A stretch of 64,000 nucleotides of DNA, taken from positions 95,294,001-95,358,000 of the forward strand of contig NC_042998.1 in NCBI RefSeq assembly GCF_006345805.1, written 5' to 3'. Origin of the DNA: Octopus sinensis. Its lineage: Eukaryota. The position numbers were made by a program, and so were the translations under genes. Below are positions 1 to 11,485 of this stretch, piece after piece. The notes beneath the pieces are model-generated. The model ran no database searches. It was given only the letters and a program-made list of their open reading frames with translations, and was not told where the DNA came from. Within the stretch, counting starts at the first letter, position 1. Every line of letters begins with the position of its first letter.

Positions 1-112
1 GGTCTTCTGTATCAAGAGGACTACATCACTAAAATATTTTTTCTACCCCTTTTCTTTTTACTGTTGCACACTATGTATGCTTCCCTTCTTTGTCTTATTA
101 TATACCGTGTAT

Positions 113-116
<4 letters not shown>

Positions 117-176
<60 letters not shown>
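117..176. repeat. (TA)30 microsatellite
   Basis: Perfect TA run. Confidence 0.98.
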
Positions 177-180
<4 letters not shown>

Positions 181-384
181 CTTTTTAATTTCCTTTTTAT
201 CATTTTATTATATGTAAACCACCATGATTTACGCCTGCCTCTATATTGTCCTCTTCATCCTTCGCCCTGGTGTCAAACAAGAGAAATCATTATATAACGT
301 TTATGGATTTGTGCTGCAAGATTCCTGATGTGAAATCGTGTCTTGAAGCAGATATTGTATTTCGGGACGGTCATTTTTTTTTTG

Positions 385-1364
385 CCAAATAAACACGCAC
401 TATATATTTGTTCTTCACTCGTTTATTACTGTTCTTATTCTAACTCATATCCATTGTCCAGAACTCTTTCCTCACACATCTGTGACTTCTTCAGCAACAC
501 TTTCCGTCTCCGTGTGTGTTCTTGCTCCACTTATTTCATTCTGTTCTTCTATGTTGTGTATCCTTATATATGCATGCTTTTGCGTCCGTGTTTGTGTGTT
601 TGCGTGCATATGTGTGTGTGTCATTGTTCTTAGTAGCACTATGACCTTTTCCTCGGCCCCATCCCCTCCCCCGTTGCTCGCTACTGCTGTTCTAGGACAC
701 GAAAATTGGTACAGTTCCTGTATCTCTCTGTGTTTGCGAGTGCGTTCGCCCACGCTGCTGTCATCGCTGTTGCTGTTGTTGTTAGTCGTGTTGTTGACAC
801 TGTTACCCTTTAGTAAGTCCCTACGTACGGAGAACAAGTGCACTGTGTTTAAGCTGAACCCACGGCTTAACTATAAGGTTAGGAATGTAGTTTATAGCTT
901 AATGTGTACTGAGGGGCGGTGCAGAAATATGACAACTACTTACATTGCAGAGACTGCACGCAGCATAGGGGAGTATATAGATGAACACTGGCGGGAGCCC
1001 AAAGAAGACAAAGGATTGTCTGTGCTCTACCAACATGCTCAAATAGAACATAGAGGCTCGATTAATAGCATAGAGGTTAAGATTTTATCGACGCGTAGAA
1101 CTGACATTACACTTAGATCACTGAGGCTACACACATAGCAATAGACAGACCAAGCCTCAATTTGACAAAATTTTCTATTTTAGAAGTTACTTCGTGTTAA
1201 AGTTGTATTTAGGTAATTTTAACCAATCAATGACGTGTATTCAGCTAAAGAAAGTTACAGCTGTTTGTGAAAGTAATAGAAGAGCAACAACTTCCGGGTC
1301 ATCGGGTCATCTGTTTGGGATGCTGCATATCTATATGTACGTAAATACAGACACATGTATACAT

Positions 1365-1399
<35 letters not shown>

Positions 1400-1631
1400 T
1401 AAAGAAAAACACACACACACATACACACATGGACGCAAAAGCATGCGCATATAGGGTTGCACAACATAGAACAGAATGAAAGAAGAGAAGCAAGAACACA
1501 CACGGAGATGGAAAGTGTCGCTGCAGAGGTCACAGATGTGCGAGGAAAGATTTCAGGACAATGGACATGAGTTAGAATAAGAATATTACTAAACGAGTGA
1601 AGAACGAATATACAGTGCGTGTGCTTATTTG
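385..1631. repeat. Diverged inverted repeat pair (about 385-620 and 1395-1631), possibly the termini of a non-autonomous DNA element
   Basis: TTCTTATTCTAACTCATATCCATTGTCC near 435 reappears as the near reverse complement GGACAATGGACATGAGTTAGAATAAGAA near 1556. Similarity with scattered mismatches extends over about 230 bp. Confidence 0.75.
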
Positions 1632-1791
1632 ACGTAGGAGTGGCCGTGGTAAGTAGCTTGCTTACCAACCACATCGTTCCGGGTTCAGTTCCACTCCGTG
1701 GCACCTTGGGCAACTGTCTTCTACTATAGCCTCGGGCCGACCAAAGCCTTGTGAGTGGATTTGGTAGACGGAAACTGAAAGAAGCCCGTCG

Positions 1792-1843
<52 letters not shown>

Positions 1844-2060
1844 TGTGTGTGTGTCTGTCTGTGTTTGTCCCTCCAACATCGCTTGACAACCAATACTGGA
1901 GTGTTTATGTCCCCGTAACATAGCGGTTCAGCAAAAGAGACCGATAGAATAAGTACTAGGCTTACAAAGAATAAGTCCTGGCGTCGATATGCTCGACTAA
2001 AAGGCGGTACTCCAACATGGCCACAATCAAATAACTGAAACAAGTAAAAGAATAAAAGAG
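1632..2060 (+). mobile_element. tRNA-derived SINE (family I)
   Basis: tRNA-like head with B-box-like GGGTTCAGTTCC, body TTGTGAGTGGATTTGGTAGACGGAAACTGAAAGAAGCCCG, internal (TG)n, tail GGCGGTACTCCAACATGGCC...CTGAAACAAG. Many other copies in the window. Confidence 0.85.
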
Positions 2061-2545
2061 TATCCAGAAATACAACAATATTATAATACCATGTATATAA
2101 GTAATTTCGTAGCTACCATTCACGACCTCTCCGCAGACGTGTCGCAGTCGATGTTATCTTTATTTTAGTAGACGACTCGAGATACAAGTATTCGGTTTCA
2201 GGTCATATTAATTCTATAGTGACAGTAACAGAATAAAGAGAAGGCGACAAAAGATTTACTGTCTCGACAGCAGTGTACCCGAAAGTTTTTACTAATGATA
2301 TAAACCCGTAGCAAACTATCCTACTGCTCCTTTAGGGTTTAATGGAAGGGATGGTGGTGACAGGGGTTCGTCTTATATTTAGAAATGAGAGGCTCCTCAT
2401 CTGGTATGTTACATGCCTTCTAGAAGCATGAAAATTAATGTTATACACACAAATACAGAAATATATGTGTATGTGTGTATGCATTTATATATGTCTGTTG
2501 GTATGTAGGACGACTCACTGGTGGTTTGTATTTAATGAGCAGGAA

Positions 2546-2657
2546 GAGAGAAAGGAATAGGAAGATACATTAACTATGTAGAAATAGAATGAAGGCGAGA
2601 AAGATAGAAACACAGTGTGTGTGTGACAGATGGAGAAAAAAGCTAAAGACACAATGT

Positions 2658-2693
<36 letters not shown>

Positions 2694-2992
2694 CAGACAG
2701 GAATAAGAGAATAAAAATATATAAAAAGCACAGCAGAGTGATAAAACCCCTCCACCAAAATTGCAAAGCAGTCAACAGGTTTGATTTAGTACGCCTGCTT
2801 GCACTGTCTCTCTCCTTGCTAAAATGGCTTTTGCGGGAGCTTCTACACCAGTGGTTCTCAACAGGGGTCTTCATGACCCTTGAGGGCAAATATATGATTT
2901 TGATGTTAAAATTTATTTGCAATAAATTGCTTGGAGGGGTTTTATCACTCTGCTGTGCTTTTTATATATTTTTATTCTCTTATTCCTGTCTG

Positions 2993-3036
<44 letters not shown>

Positions 3037-3148
3037 ACATTGTGTCTTTAGCTTTTTTCTCCATCTGCCACACACACACTGTGTTTCTATCTTTCTCGCC
3101 TTCATTCTATTTCTACATAGTTAATGTATCTTCCTATTCCTTTCTCTC
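2546..3148. repeat. Near-identical inverted duplication (arms 2546-2754 and 2932-3148)
   Basis: The arms match almost base for base in reverse complement, including an embedded (GA)n/(TC)n tract. The spacer is about 177 bp. Confidence 0.92.
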
Positions 3149-3366
3149 AGTGCTTTTCAAACTTTTTGCTGGAACGGAACCCCAAGGAAACATTCCACTG
3201 GCTCGAGGAACCCCTATGCAATAATTTAATAGTCTTATGCACACATATCTGCACAGGAGAATTAAAAATTACTGCCGATTTTAGCAGTTTTGTAACTTCT
3301 TGCGGAACCCCTGGACTGGACTGGCGGAACCCTAAGGTTCCGTGGAACCCTAGTTGAAAACCACTG
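3148..3366. mobile_element. hAT-like MITE
   Basis: Terminal inverted repeats CAGTGCTTTTCAAAC ... GTTGAAAACCACTG, with internal GGAACCC subterminal repeats. Confidence 0.7.
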
Positions 3367-3379
3367 TTCAAGAATATAT

Positions 3380-3610
3380 ATTTCTTTACTACCCACAAGG
3401 GGCTAAACACAGAGGGGATAAACAAAGACAGACAAACGGATTAAGTCGATTACATCGACCCCAGTGCGTAACTGGTACTTAATTTATCGACCCCGAAAGG
3501 ATGAAAGGCAAAGTCGACCTCGGCGGAATTTGAACTCAGAACGTAACGGCAGACGAAATACGGCTACGCATTTCGCCCGGCGTGCTAACGTTTCTGCCAG
3601 CTCGCCGCTT
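3380..3610 (-). mobile_element. tRNA-derived SINE (family II) with CCCCTTGTGGGTARTAAAGAAAT tail
   Basis: Head GCGAGCTGGCAGAAACGTTAGCACGCCGGG, B-box GAGTTCAAATTCC, body CCTTTCATCCTTTCGGGGTCGATAAATTAAGTACC. More than 10 copies in the window. Confidence 0.85.
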
Positions 3611-3834
3611 AGCATTTAGTCTGGTGCGCTAACGTTTCTGCCAGCTCGCCACTGTTCTAGAATATAGACGCAGGCGTGACTGTGTGGTAAGAAGCTTGCT
3701 TCCCAACCACATGGCTCCGAGTTCAGGCTCACTGCGTAGCACTTTGGGCAAGTGTCTTCTGCTATAGCCTCCGGTCGACTAAAGCTTTGTGAGTGGATTT
3801 GGTAGATAGAAACTGAAAGAAGCGCGTCTGATCA

Positions 3835-4100
3835 CAACATATAGGTACACTGCGACACAATTTCTTTTCCTCAACAGGCCCTGCCCTGTTCAACATTGTC
3901 CCTAAACTGATCAAAGATGAAAAGGATCCCATCACCTTTAAACGGAGTCTGGATGGATTTCTTCAAGGAATACCAGACAAGCTACCCATCCCTGGATACA
4001 ACTCACTGCTTGAATGGACCATAATACCATAAAACTTGACTTTAAAAGGATTTAGATGATCCTATCAGGTGGTGCTATAAAGTTAGACATGGCCTGGACC
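3835..4100 (+). mobile_element. 3' end of a CR1-like LINE
   Basis: Translates as HNFFSSTGPALFNIVPKLIKDEKDPITFKRSLDGFLQGIPD, similar to the ORF2 C-terminus at 54540-54670. Confidence 0.65.
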
Positions 4101-5060
4101 AATCTTTGGTCGAAACATATCTATTTTATCGAAGTTTTATACACACACGCACACACGCACAATTGGGCTGGTGCATAATTATTGCGGCTTTTTTCAACAA
4201 ATTTTATTCAACTAAAACAATAACAACATGTAACAAAAACATATTTAAATGATTATTCCGGTGCATATTCACCATCTACTTCAATTACTGCTTCCCATTT
4301 GCTTGGCAGACGGGCAGACGGTCATTTTAACCAATCAATAACGTGTATTGATTGGTTAAAATAATGTGTCCACTCCTCTAACAAAACACTTCTATAATAA
4401 TCAATGATGTCTTATAGCAATATAGGTTTGCTGTATCAGGATCTAGGGACAACTGATGGAGGGGAATATTCTTTATGTTCGCAAATATAAGTTTTTATAA
4501 AAAATGCTAAGAGTAAAAGATGTTTTATATGACACATTCTACCAGTGTCCGAAGTTTGAAAGTGTTTAGTTACAAAAAATTATTTTTTAAATCTGTAGGT
4601 CAAAAGGTAAAGATCTCAATCTTTTAATACAATTCCTAATAATATTGAATTATAAAAATGCAATAAGATTTTTAAAACATCGAATCGCTATGGTAGTCAA
4701 ATAGAGAAAAAAAGGGATCAAAAGGGTCCATAAGCAAAAAAATGGTTGAGAACAACTGATACAAGGTCGCTTAATCTGCTAGAAATAGCAGCTAAAATCA
4801 CTCTTAAATAACATCCTACTGCCTTATTTTCGGGGTCGATAAAGTAAAGTACAAGTCAAGTACTGGGGTCCATATAATCGATTAGTTCCGTTCCCCAAAT
4901 TTCAGGCTTTGTGCATTTATGAGAAACAAAGTCATTTCACGAAAAAAAAAAAAATGAAAAAACATAAATCTTCGTAACCGGCATACAAATCTCCATCTAA
5001 TTCTATACGTGGAATACTAATATATATGAGCGACAGTGGCCGTATTAACACCGATGGGTG

Positions 5061-5798
5061 ATATTTACCCCCACTTATACGTGGTTATTCTGTTAGAACA
5101 AGCTATACTGCGGCAGATACCATGAGAGAAGCTCTCATACTGGCTCTTGGTGCAAAATCCACTATTGTTTATATCGCTAGCGGGGAGATAAATCTCAGCC
5201 ACCTCCAGCGCTAAGACTACCAGATCAAGTGATTTCGACCGTCTTTGGTTTTGCCAATGATGGACGCTCGACCGTTAGAGATAGTAGTGACTCATCTCCT
5301 CTCCAGCAATATAGAGAATAACAGTGCCAGAACTGGCGCTGGTGTCGCAATTTTTATTTATTTATGCGCCCTTTTCAAGCCTAGCCAGGCTCATGGGCCC
5401 GGTTTCCCGGTTTCTATGGCGTATGTGTTCCCTCTATCTGGACGGGACGCCAGTTCATCGCAGCGTTACTCAAGAAACGGGAAGAAAGAGTGAGAGAATG
5501 TTGGGGCGAAAGAGTACAACAGGGGTCGCCACCAACCCCTGCCGGAGCCTCGTGAAGCTTTAGGTGTTTCGCTCAATAGACACACACAACGCCCGGTCTG
5601 GGAATCGAAACCGCGATCTTCCGACCGCGAGTCAGCTGCCCTAACCACTGGTGTCGCAATTAGCTTGTTAAAAAATATAAATAATATATAAACAGTAGTG
5701 CATTTTGCACCAAATGCCAATATGAAAGTTTCTCTCATGGTATCTACTGCAGTATAGTTTGTCTAACAGAACATCAACGTTTAAGTGAAGATAAAAAT
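5061..5798. mobile_element. MITE with long imperfect inverted arms (second copy about 24110-24784), interrupted by a SINE
   Basis: TGTTAGAACAAGCTATACTGCGGCAGATACCATGAGAGAA pairs with TTCTCTCATGGTATCTACTGCAGTATAGTTTGTCTAACA. The same arms occur near 24110-24190 and 24690-24775. Exact termini are unclear. Confidence 0.7.
5353..5647 (-). mobile_element. tRNA-derived SINE (family III) with a 14-bp target-site duplication
   Basis: CTGGTGTCGCAATT at 5339-5352 and 5648-5661. tRNA-like head with GGTTTCGATTCCC and an A-rich tail. Confidence 0.88.
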
Positions 5799-6126
5799 GA
5801 ATACTAATGTCTTGTCTATTGCTTACGTTGTTCCATAGTTTCTGTTATTTTGTAACCTTCCTGAGATGCAACAAAATGTTTCAACGAGAGTTCATATCAA
5901 GAATCTTAGAAAACATTTTCTCTTTTCTGAACAAGAAAACTACTTTCACTTTTGGGGGAGGCGGGACTGCAAAACACCTAGTTTTGACAAATTGAATTAC
6001 TTTCACTCTTATGTGTCCTTGAAAAAGAAACAGCGCCAAAAATTTTAATTTAATCTTTAATGGGTTGTAATATATTTTTAATTGGATTTTCTCCAAAATG
6101 AAGTTGTGGTTTCGTAATCAGCGTGC

Positions 6127-6768
6127 GGATCTTTTCGCTTTGACCGGCAGATTTTTAAAATAATTTCCATGTAACTAAACACTTTTTAAACTTCGTATAC
6201 TGGTAGAATGTGTTTATAAAACATCTTTTTCTCTTGGCTTTCTTGAGAAAATTCTGTAGTTTGTTAGATATTTATAAGATATTTTCTTCAATTTCGGCAA
6301 TTTCAACCAATCAATGACGTCTATTGAGGTGAAAACATTCTCTGCCGTAAACATTTTCTGGCGGTGTCATATGAAAATGTCCCTCGTTTAAGAAACAGAT
6401 TGGGTTTATTTACATTTCTGAAGAAAAAAAGATACCCTTCTTCCCACCCCTCACCCTAACCCTAAAACAGATTGAAATGCAATAGATCAATCATATTTAT
6501 GGGTGACATTTTCATATGACACCACCAGAAAATGTTGTTTACACTCTACGGCAGAAATCGTTTTCCCCTCAATAGACGTCATTGATTGGTTGTAATTGCC
6601 GAAATTGAAGAAAATATCTTACAAATATCTTTCAAACTACAGTATTTTCTCAAGAAAGTCAAGAGAAACAGATGTTTTATAAGTACATTCTACCAGTATA
6701 CGAAGTTTAAAATTTTTTAGTTACATGGAAATTATTAAAAAAATCTGCTGGTCAAAGCGAAAAGATCC
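6127..6768. mobile_element. Complete non-autonomous DNA transposon, Merlin-like (GG...CC ends, 8-bp TSD, about 255-bp arms)
   Basis: Ends GGATCTTTTCGCTTTGACC and GGTCAAAGCGAAAAGATCC, flanked by CAGCGTGC at 6119-6126 and 6769-6776. Arms about 6127-6381 and 6504-6768. Confidence 0.85.
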
Positions 6769-7412
6769 CAGCGTGCTAAAGTATATTTAATGTTGATTAT
6801 TTAGATTACTTCGATAAGTTTCGACCGAAGCTGGCCCAGGCATTGTCTAATTTAATGGAACAAAATGATCCCTTATAAGATTGCACGTTTTAGTTAACAT
6901 ATCCTCATAAGTTCTTAGTGAAAATTCTCGAATTCTATAACAACCACAGCCTTCTCTTTTGACGGAGGCAGTTACTCTCTCTCGCGCGCGCTAACCACGG
7001 CTTTTCTTCATATTCTCTGACCAATCCAAATTGATGCTTGGGCTAATGTCTCTAATATGCATTCCATATTGCGAAACTTGCTGTAAATATACCCGGAAAT
7101 TGAAATTGCGTTGAAAGTGGAACTGGGTAAGGCAAGGTCGGTTAGTACGTGATAGTTTTATTCTTTGAAATATATTTATAGGAAATATTAGCTGTTGAGT
7201 AGAAATTGACTTTGATAATAAAACCACCAGGCGGTTTCTTCACCAAAGATTTTTAATTACGACCAGTGGTTTATAATTACAAGAAGCGAATCTCCAAGAT
7301 AATTCGAAATTCCACGATTATATAGAGTAAAAAATGTAAATAAACAAAACTTCTATTGAAAACAGAATTCCCATGTCTTCGGCTGCTTTTTCTCACACAC
7401 CCGTTTCCCCCT

Positions 7413-7449
<37 letters not shown>

Positions 7450-8040
7450 CATACTCTCTCTTTCACCCTCATATAAGTACTAAGACACACATACACTCTC
7501 CCACCATCTCTCTTTCATTAACTCACATCTTCCTCATCTAAACTTTTCCCCAGTTGTCTCTTTTTGATTCTGTCTCTCTTTCAACACGTAGATGTCCCTT
7601 CGTTCACCCCTAAAGCGCACTAACTGACGGCCTTGTCAATTTATTTATTCACAGTCCAGATAAATAGATTTCCAGCAACCTTCTAGCTTTCTATTAACTC
7701 GTTCAGATAACAACATGAAAGCAACAATAAAAAAAAAGAATAAATAAAATAAAATAAAATAAATAAAACAACTAACTGCAAAACCAAACAACCCATAGTG
7801 TTTACTTGACAGTATTCAACCACTTTACTTTATTGAACGAACGCTGCCTGACCTCAAATACATTCTTAGACGTTACTTCCCTACCTAAAAAAAAATAAGA
7901 TTGTGAAAGGGGTGGAATGAAAATGACAATCCACTGACGAAACATAGGTTTGCTTGGAGAATGCGGATGTTGTTTACAGAATCTCGCAGGATCATGACGT
8001 CTTCTCGATATTAATCAGTTACTTTTTTTTTTTTTTACAC

Positions 8041-8445
8041 GTTTCAGTCATTTGACTGCGGCCATGCTGGAGCACCGCCTTTAGTCGAAGAAATCGACCC
8101 CCAGGACATATTTGTTGTAAGCCTAGTACGTATTCTATCAGTCTCTTTTACCAACCCGCTAAATTTCGGGGACATAAACACACCAACATCGGTTGTCAAG
8201 CGATGGTGGGGGTATACGCACACATACACACATATATGTACGTGTATGTGTTTGTGTGTCTGTGTTCGTTCACCACCATCGCTTAACAAACGATGTTGGT
8301 ATGTTCATGTCCCCGTAACTTAGCGGTTCGGCAATGGAGACCGATACAATAAGTACTAGGCTTACAAAGAATAAGTCCTGGGGTAGATTTGCTCGACTAA
8401 AGGCGGTGCTCCAGCATGGCTGCAGTCAAGTGACTGAAACAAAAG
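8041..8445. mobile_element. Two inverted family I SINE 3' halves (8041-8212 minus, 8272-8445 plus)
   Basis: GTTTCAGTCATTTGACTGCGGCCATGCTGGAGCACCGCC is the reverse complement of the tail at 8402-8440. Confidence 0.8.
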
Positions 8446-8632
8446 AATATATATATATTGCCGAACCGCTTAGTTACGGGGACGTAAACACACCACCATC
8501 GGTTGTCAAGTGATGTTTGGGGGACAAACACACACATATGTATATACATATATACGACGGGCTTCCCTCAGTTTCCGTCTACTAAGCCCACTCACAAGGC
8601 TTTGGTCAGCCCGAGGCTATAGTAGAAGACAC

Positions 8633-9556
8633 CTTTAATAGCACCACCTGGTGAAGTCTTTTAGTCAATTATAGAGCACCATGATCCACTCTAACAAAGA
8701 GTTATTATTGTTGGAAATATCCGGGCGTAAGTGGTTGGTCCGGGACTTTTTGAAGAAATTTGTCCAGTGAACTTTTGAATCTTATGGGATCCGTTTCCAT
8801 TCTGATGTATTTGGTATGGTATTAATGAAAGCTGGACCGGTTGAGGTAAAGTAGTTGTGACGTAAAGCTATGTATCCCGAGTTCAATTTTTGTAGTAGGC
8901 GGATAGCATGTGGGCCAAGTCTTGGATAGATTTTAAAACTGATGCCAACATCATCTGTGCAATATTAATGTAGCGTTCCCGGTGGCGTAGGAGAGAGTAA
9001 AGATTGAGTTTTTTTTAGTCGACCCCAATAGTCAATGCCTCTCATGCCGTCTATCTTTCTTGTTATTGACCTCTGGAGTGATTTTACTTTCATAATGAGT
9101 TGCTTCGTATGAGGAGACCACAGTGGGCAACAGTATTCAAGGTGAGGTCGGACAGAAGTAGAGTAGAGAAGGATGGTGTGGGCATCTCTAGACCGGAAAG
9201 TTCTCAGAATCCAGGAGCACATTTTGCGAGCCAAGTCAAACTTGCTGTTTACGTGGGAACTCCAGCTTAGATTGTTATCAACATTTACTCAGAGGTTTCT
9301 GGTATTGTTGGATGACGCTAGGTAATTTCGGAGTATCCTCTTCTCCAAAGTGGATCAAATCACACTTACCTTCATTTAAAAGCATATTGTTTTTTTCCGG
9401 CCATTGGACAACAGCAAACAGATCCGACTGAAGGCATGCTCGGTCTCCCATACCGTTTTCTGGAGTTTGGAATCATCTGCAAAGATTTTGAATGTAGAGT
9501 GTTTGATGATGTCTACTGTGTCATTGATGTAGATGATGAAAAGGCGTGGGCCCGAC
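8633..9556 (-). mobile_element. 5'-truncated, decayed CR1-like LINE
   Basis: GPRLFIIYIND...FADDSKL (RT motifs) and WILRTFRSRD...VRPHLEYCCPLWSPH, with frameshifts. The 3' end resembles 4060-4082. Confidence 0.85.
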
Positions 9557-9909
9557 CGTCTTCTCTCAGTTTCCACCAACCAAATCCACTCACAAGGCTT
9601 TGGTCGGTTCGAGGCTATTGTGGAAGACACTAGCCCAAGGTGCCACGCAGAACAATGAACCCAGAACAATGTGGTTAGGAAGTAATCTCCTTACCACACA
9701 TTAATTTATTATCTTTTGGCCTTTCTTTATTTTGTCTTGTTTCAGTCATTAGACTGTGTCCATGCCGTGGCACTGTCTTGAAGGTTTTATTCGAAGAAAT
9801 CTACCCCAGTATTTATATCAAATCTGGTGCTTATTTTATCGGTTACTTTCTATAGAATCACTAAATTATGAGGACGTAAACAAACCTACACAGGTTACAA
9901 AGCGGTGGA

Positions 9910-10111
9910 GGACTAACATCATACACACACACACACACAACTTCCGCACAGTTTCAGGACTAACATCATACACACACAACTTCCGCACAGTTTCAGGACT
10001 AACATCATACGCACACAACTTCCGCACAGTTTCAGGACTAACATCATACACACACAACTTCCGCACAATTTCAGGACTAACATCATACGCACACAACTTC
10101 CACACAGTTTC
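9910..10111 (+). repeat. 39-bp minisatellite, about 5 copies, inside a minus-strand family I SINE (about 9735-10250)
   Basis: GGACTAACATCATA at 9910, 9957, 9996, 10035 and 10074. Unit CACACACAACTTCCGCACAGTTTCAGGACTAACATCATA. Confidence 0.93.
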
Positions 10112-11485
10112 CGTATAACAAACATACTCACAAGGCCTTGGTCGGCGCGGAGTTACAAAAAGGAGGTCATTAACCCAAGGTGTCGCAGTGAGACTGAACC
10201 CGAAACTACGTGCTTTATAAACGAAATCGTGAGCCACACAGCTATGCCCATGTTTCCAATAGAAGTCATAGATACTCTTGTTTCAATCGAAGAAATCAGA
10301 CTGGTGCCATGCTGGAGCACCACCTCGAAGATTTTTAATTATTATACCGACCTTAGTACTTAGCGGTATACATTTTATCACTCTTATTCGCTCAGCTAGG
10401 TCACATGACATGAACTTAGACAATTTTTTTTAATCAAACAGTATCCGCAGCAAAGATTGACACAGACACAAATACATATCGACATATAAACAATAAATAT
10501 ACGGTTATATATGTGTGCGTGCGCAGGCGCGTGTGAATTGGCGGAGTTGTTAGAATGGTTGATAGAAGGCCTCGTGGTATTTGTTCCAACTGTGCTTTGA
10601 GTTTGAATCCCCTCCCCCGGGGTTAAATTTGCTTTCCTCTTTCAGTCAGTTAAAAAAGAAAATACTAATTCCGGTTGGTGAGTTGGCTATAAGTATGCGC
10701 GCACGTGTGGCAGGCTCCCTCCAGTTGCCTATCAATTTCATTCTCATTGCATTGGTCATTTCGAGGGTATATTAGAAGTTCAAGATACCACACAGTGGGA
10801 CTGAACTTCTTACGCGGAGCCTTGCCCGACTACCAAGCATATATTTTTCATCATCGACTAAGCGCTACGCTATAATATATCAAGTATGCTTTAAATCGTG
10901 ACTGACTAGAATTATACATTCAGGACTATGTTGAAGTTGCTTAAGCGATCTGGATGGAACGATTTTGAGTTATCACATCCTCTTAAGTCTAAAGTTTCTG
11001 CTCACCATCCCTAATTTAAACTTAGATTTCGCATTTACTGACGATTGGCTGCATTACTTCATCATATCTTGCCAAACGCTTTTGTATCCTGATTAAATAG
11101 GTTTTGTGGGAATATAGGAAGCAGCTGCTTATTAACTGAATGCATTTTATTTATTTTTTATAGCAGAAGTTTTTTAAGTTTTAGATGGGTCTGTCCACAA
11201 CCGCCGTACAGTGTAGAATATATAAAGCAGTGCGAGATGCATGCTACATGCTTCGGTAAGCTTAGAAAATGTTGAGATTAAATTGAATAACAATGGCTAT
11301 CGTCAAACTTACGACCAATGAGCTTCTTATTGAAGCCATTGCGGAGAGTATTTATCGGAAAATTTCCGACTACCATACTTGTTCTTTGAAGGTAATCCCG
11401 CCTATATAAATCTATTTAGCAGCTAATGTACTTGCAAATCGGTTTTATGGTGCAAGATAATATTCTTTCTATTATAGGAACAAGG

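Noticed and set aside
482-1138. 218-aa ORF with hydrophobic stretches
   Set aside because: It starts at a GTG, runs through TG and CTG/TTG simple repeats in an inverted-repeat arm, and has no recognisable domain.
1255-2043. 262-aa ORF
   Set aside because: Antisense read-through of a SINE and (CA)n tracts.
2515-3224. Pairs of near-identical ORFs on opposite strands
   Set aside because: Artefact of the inverted duplication and (GA)n repeats.
9910-10111. Regular repeats resembling a CRISPR array
   Set aside because: The units are contiguous with no unique spacers, lie inside a SINE in eukaryotic DNA, and have no cas genes nearby.
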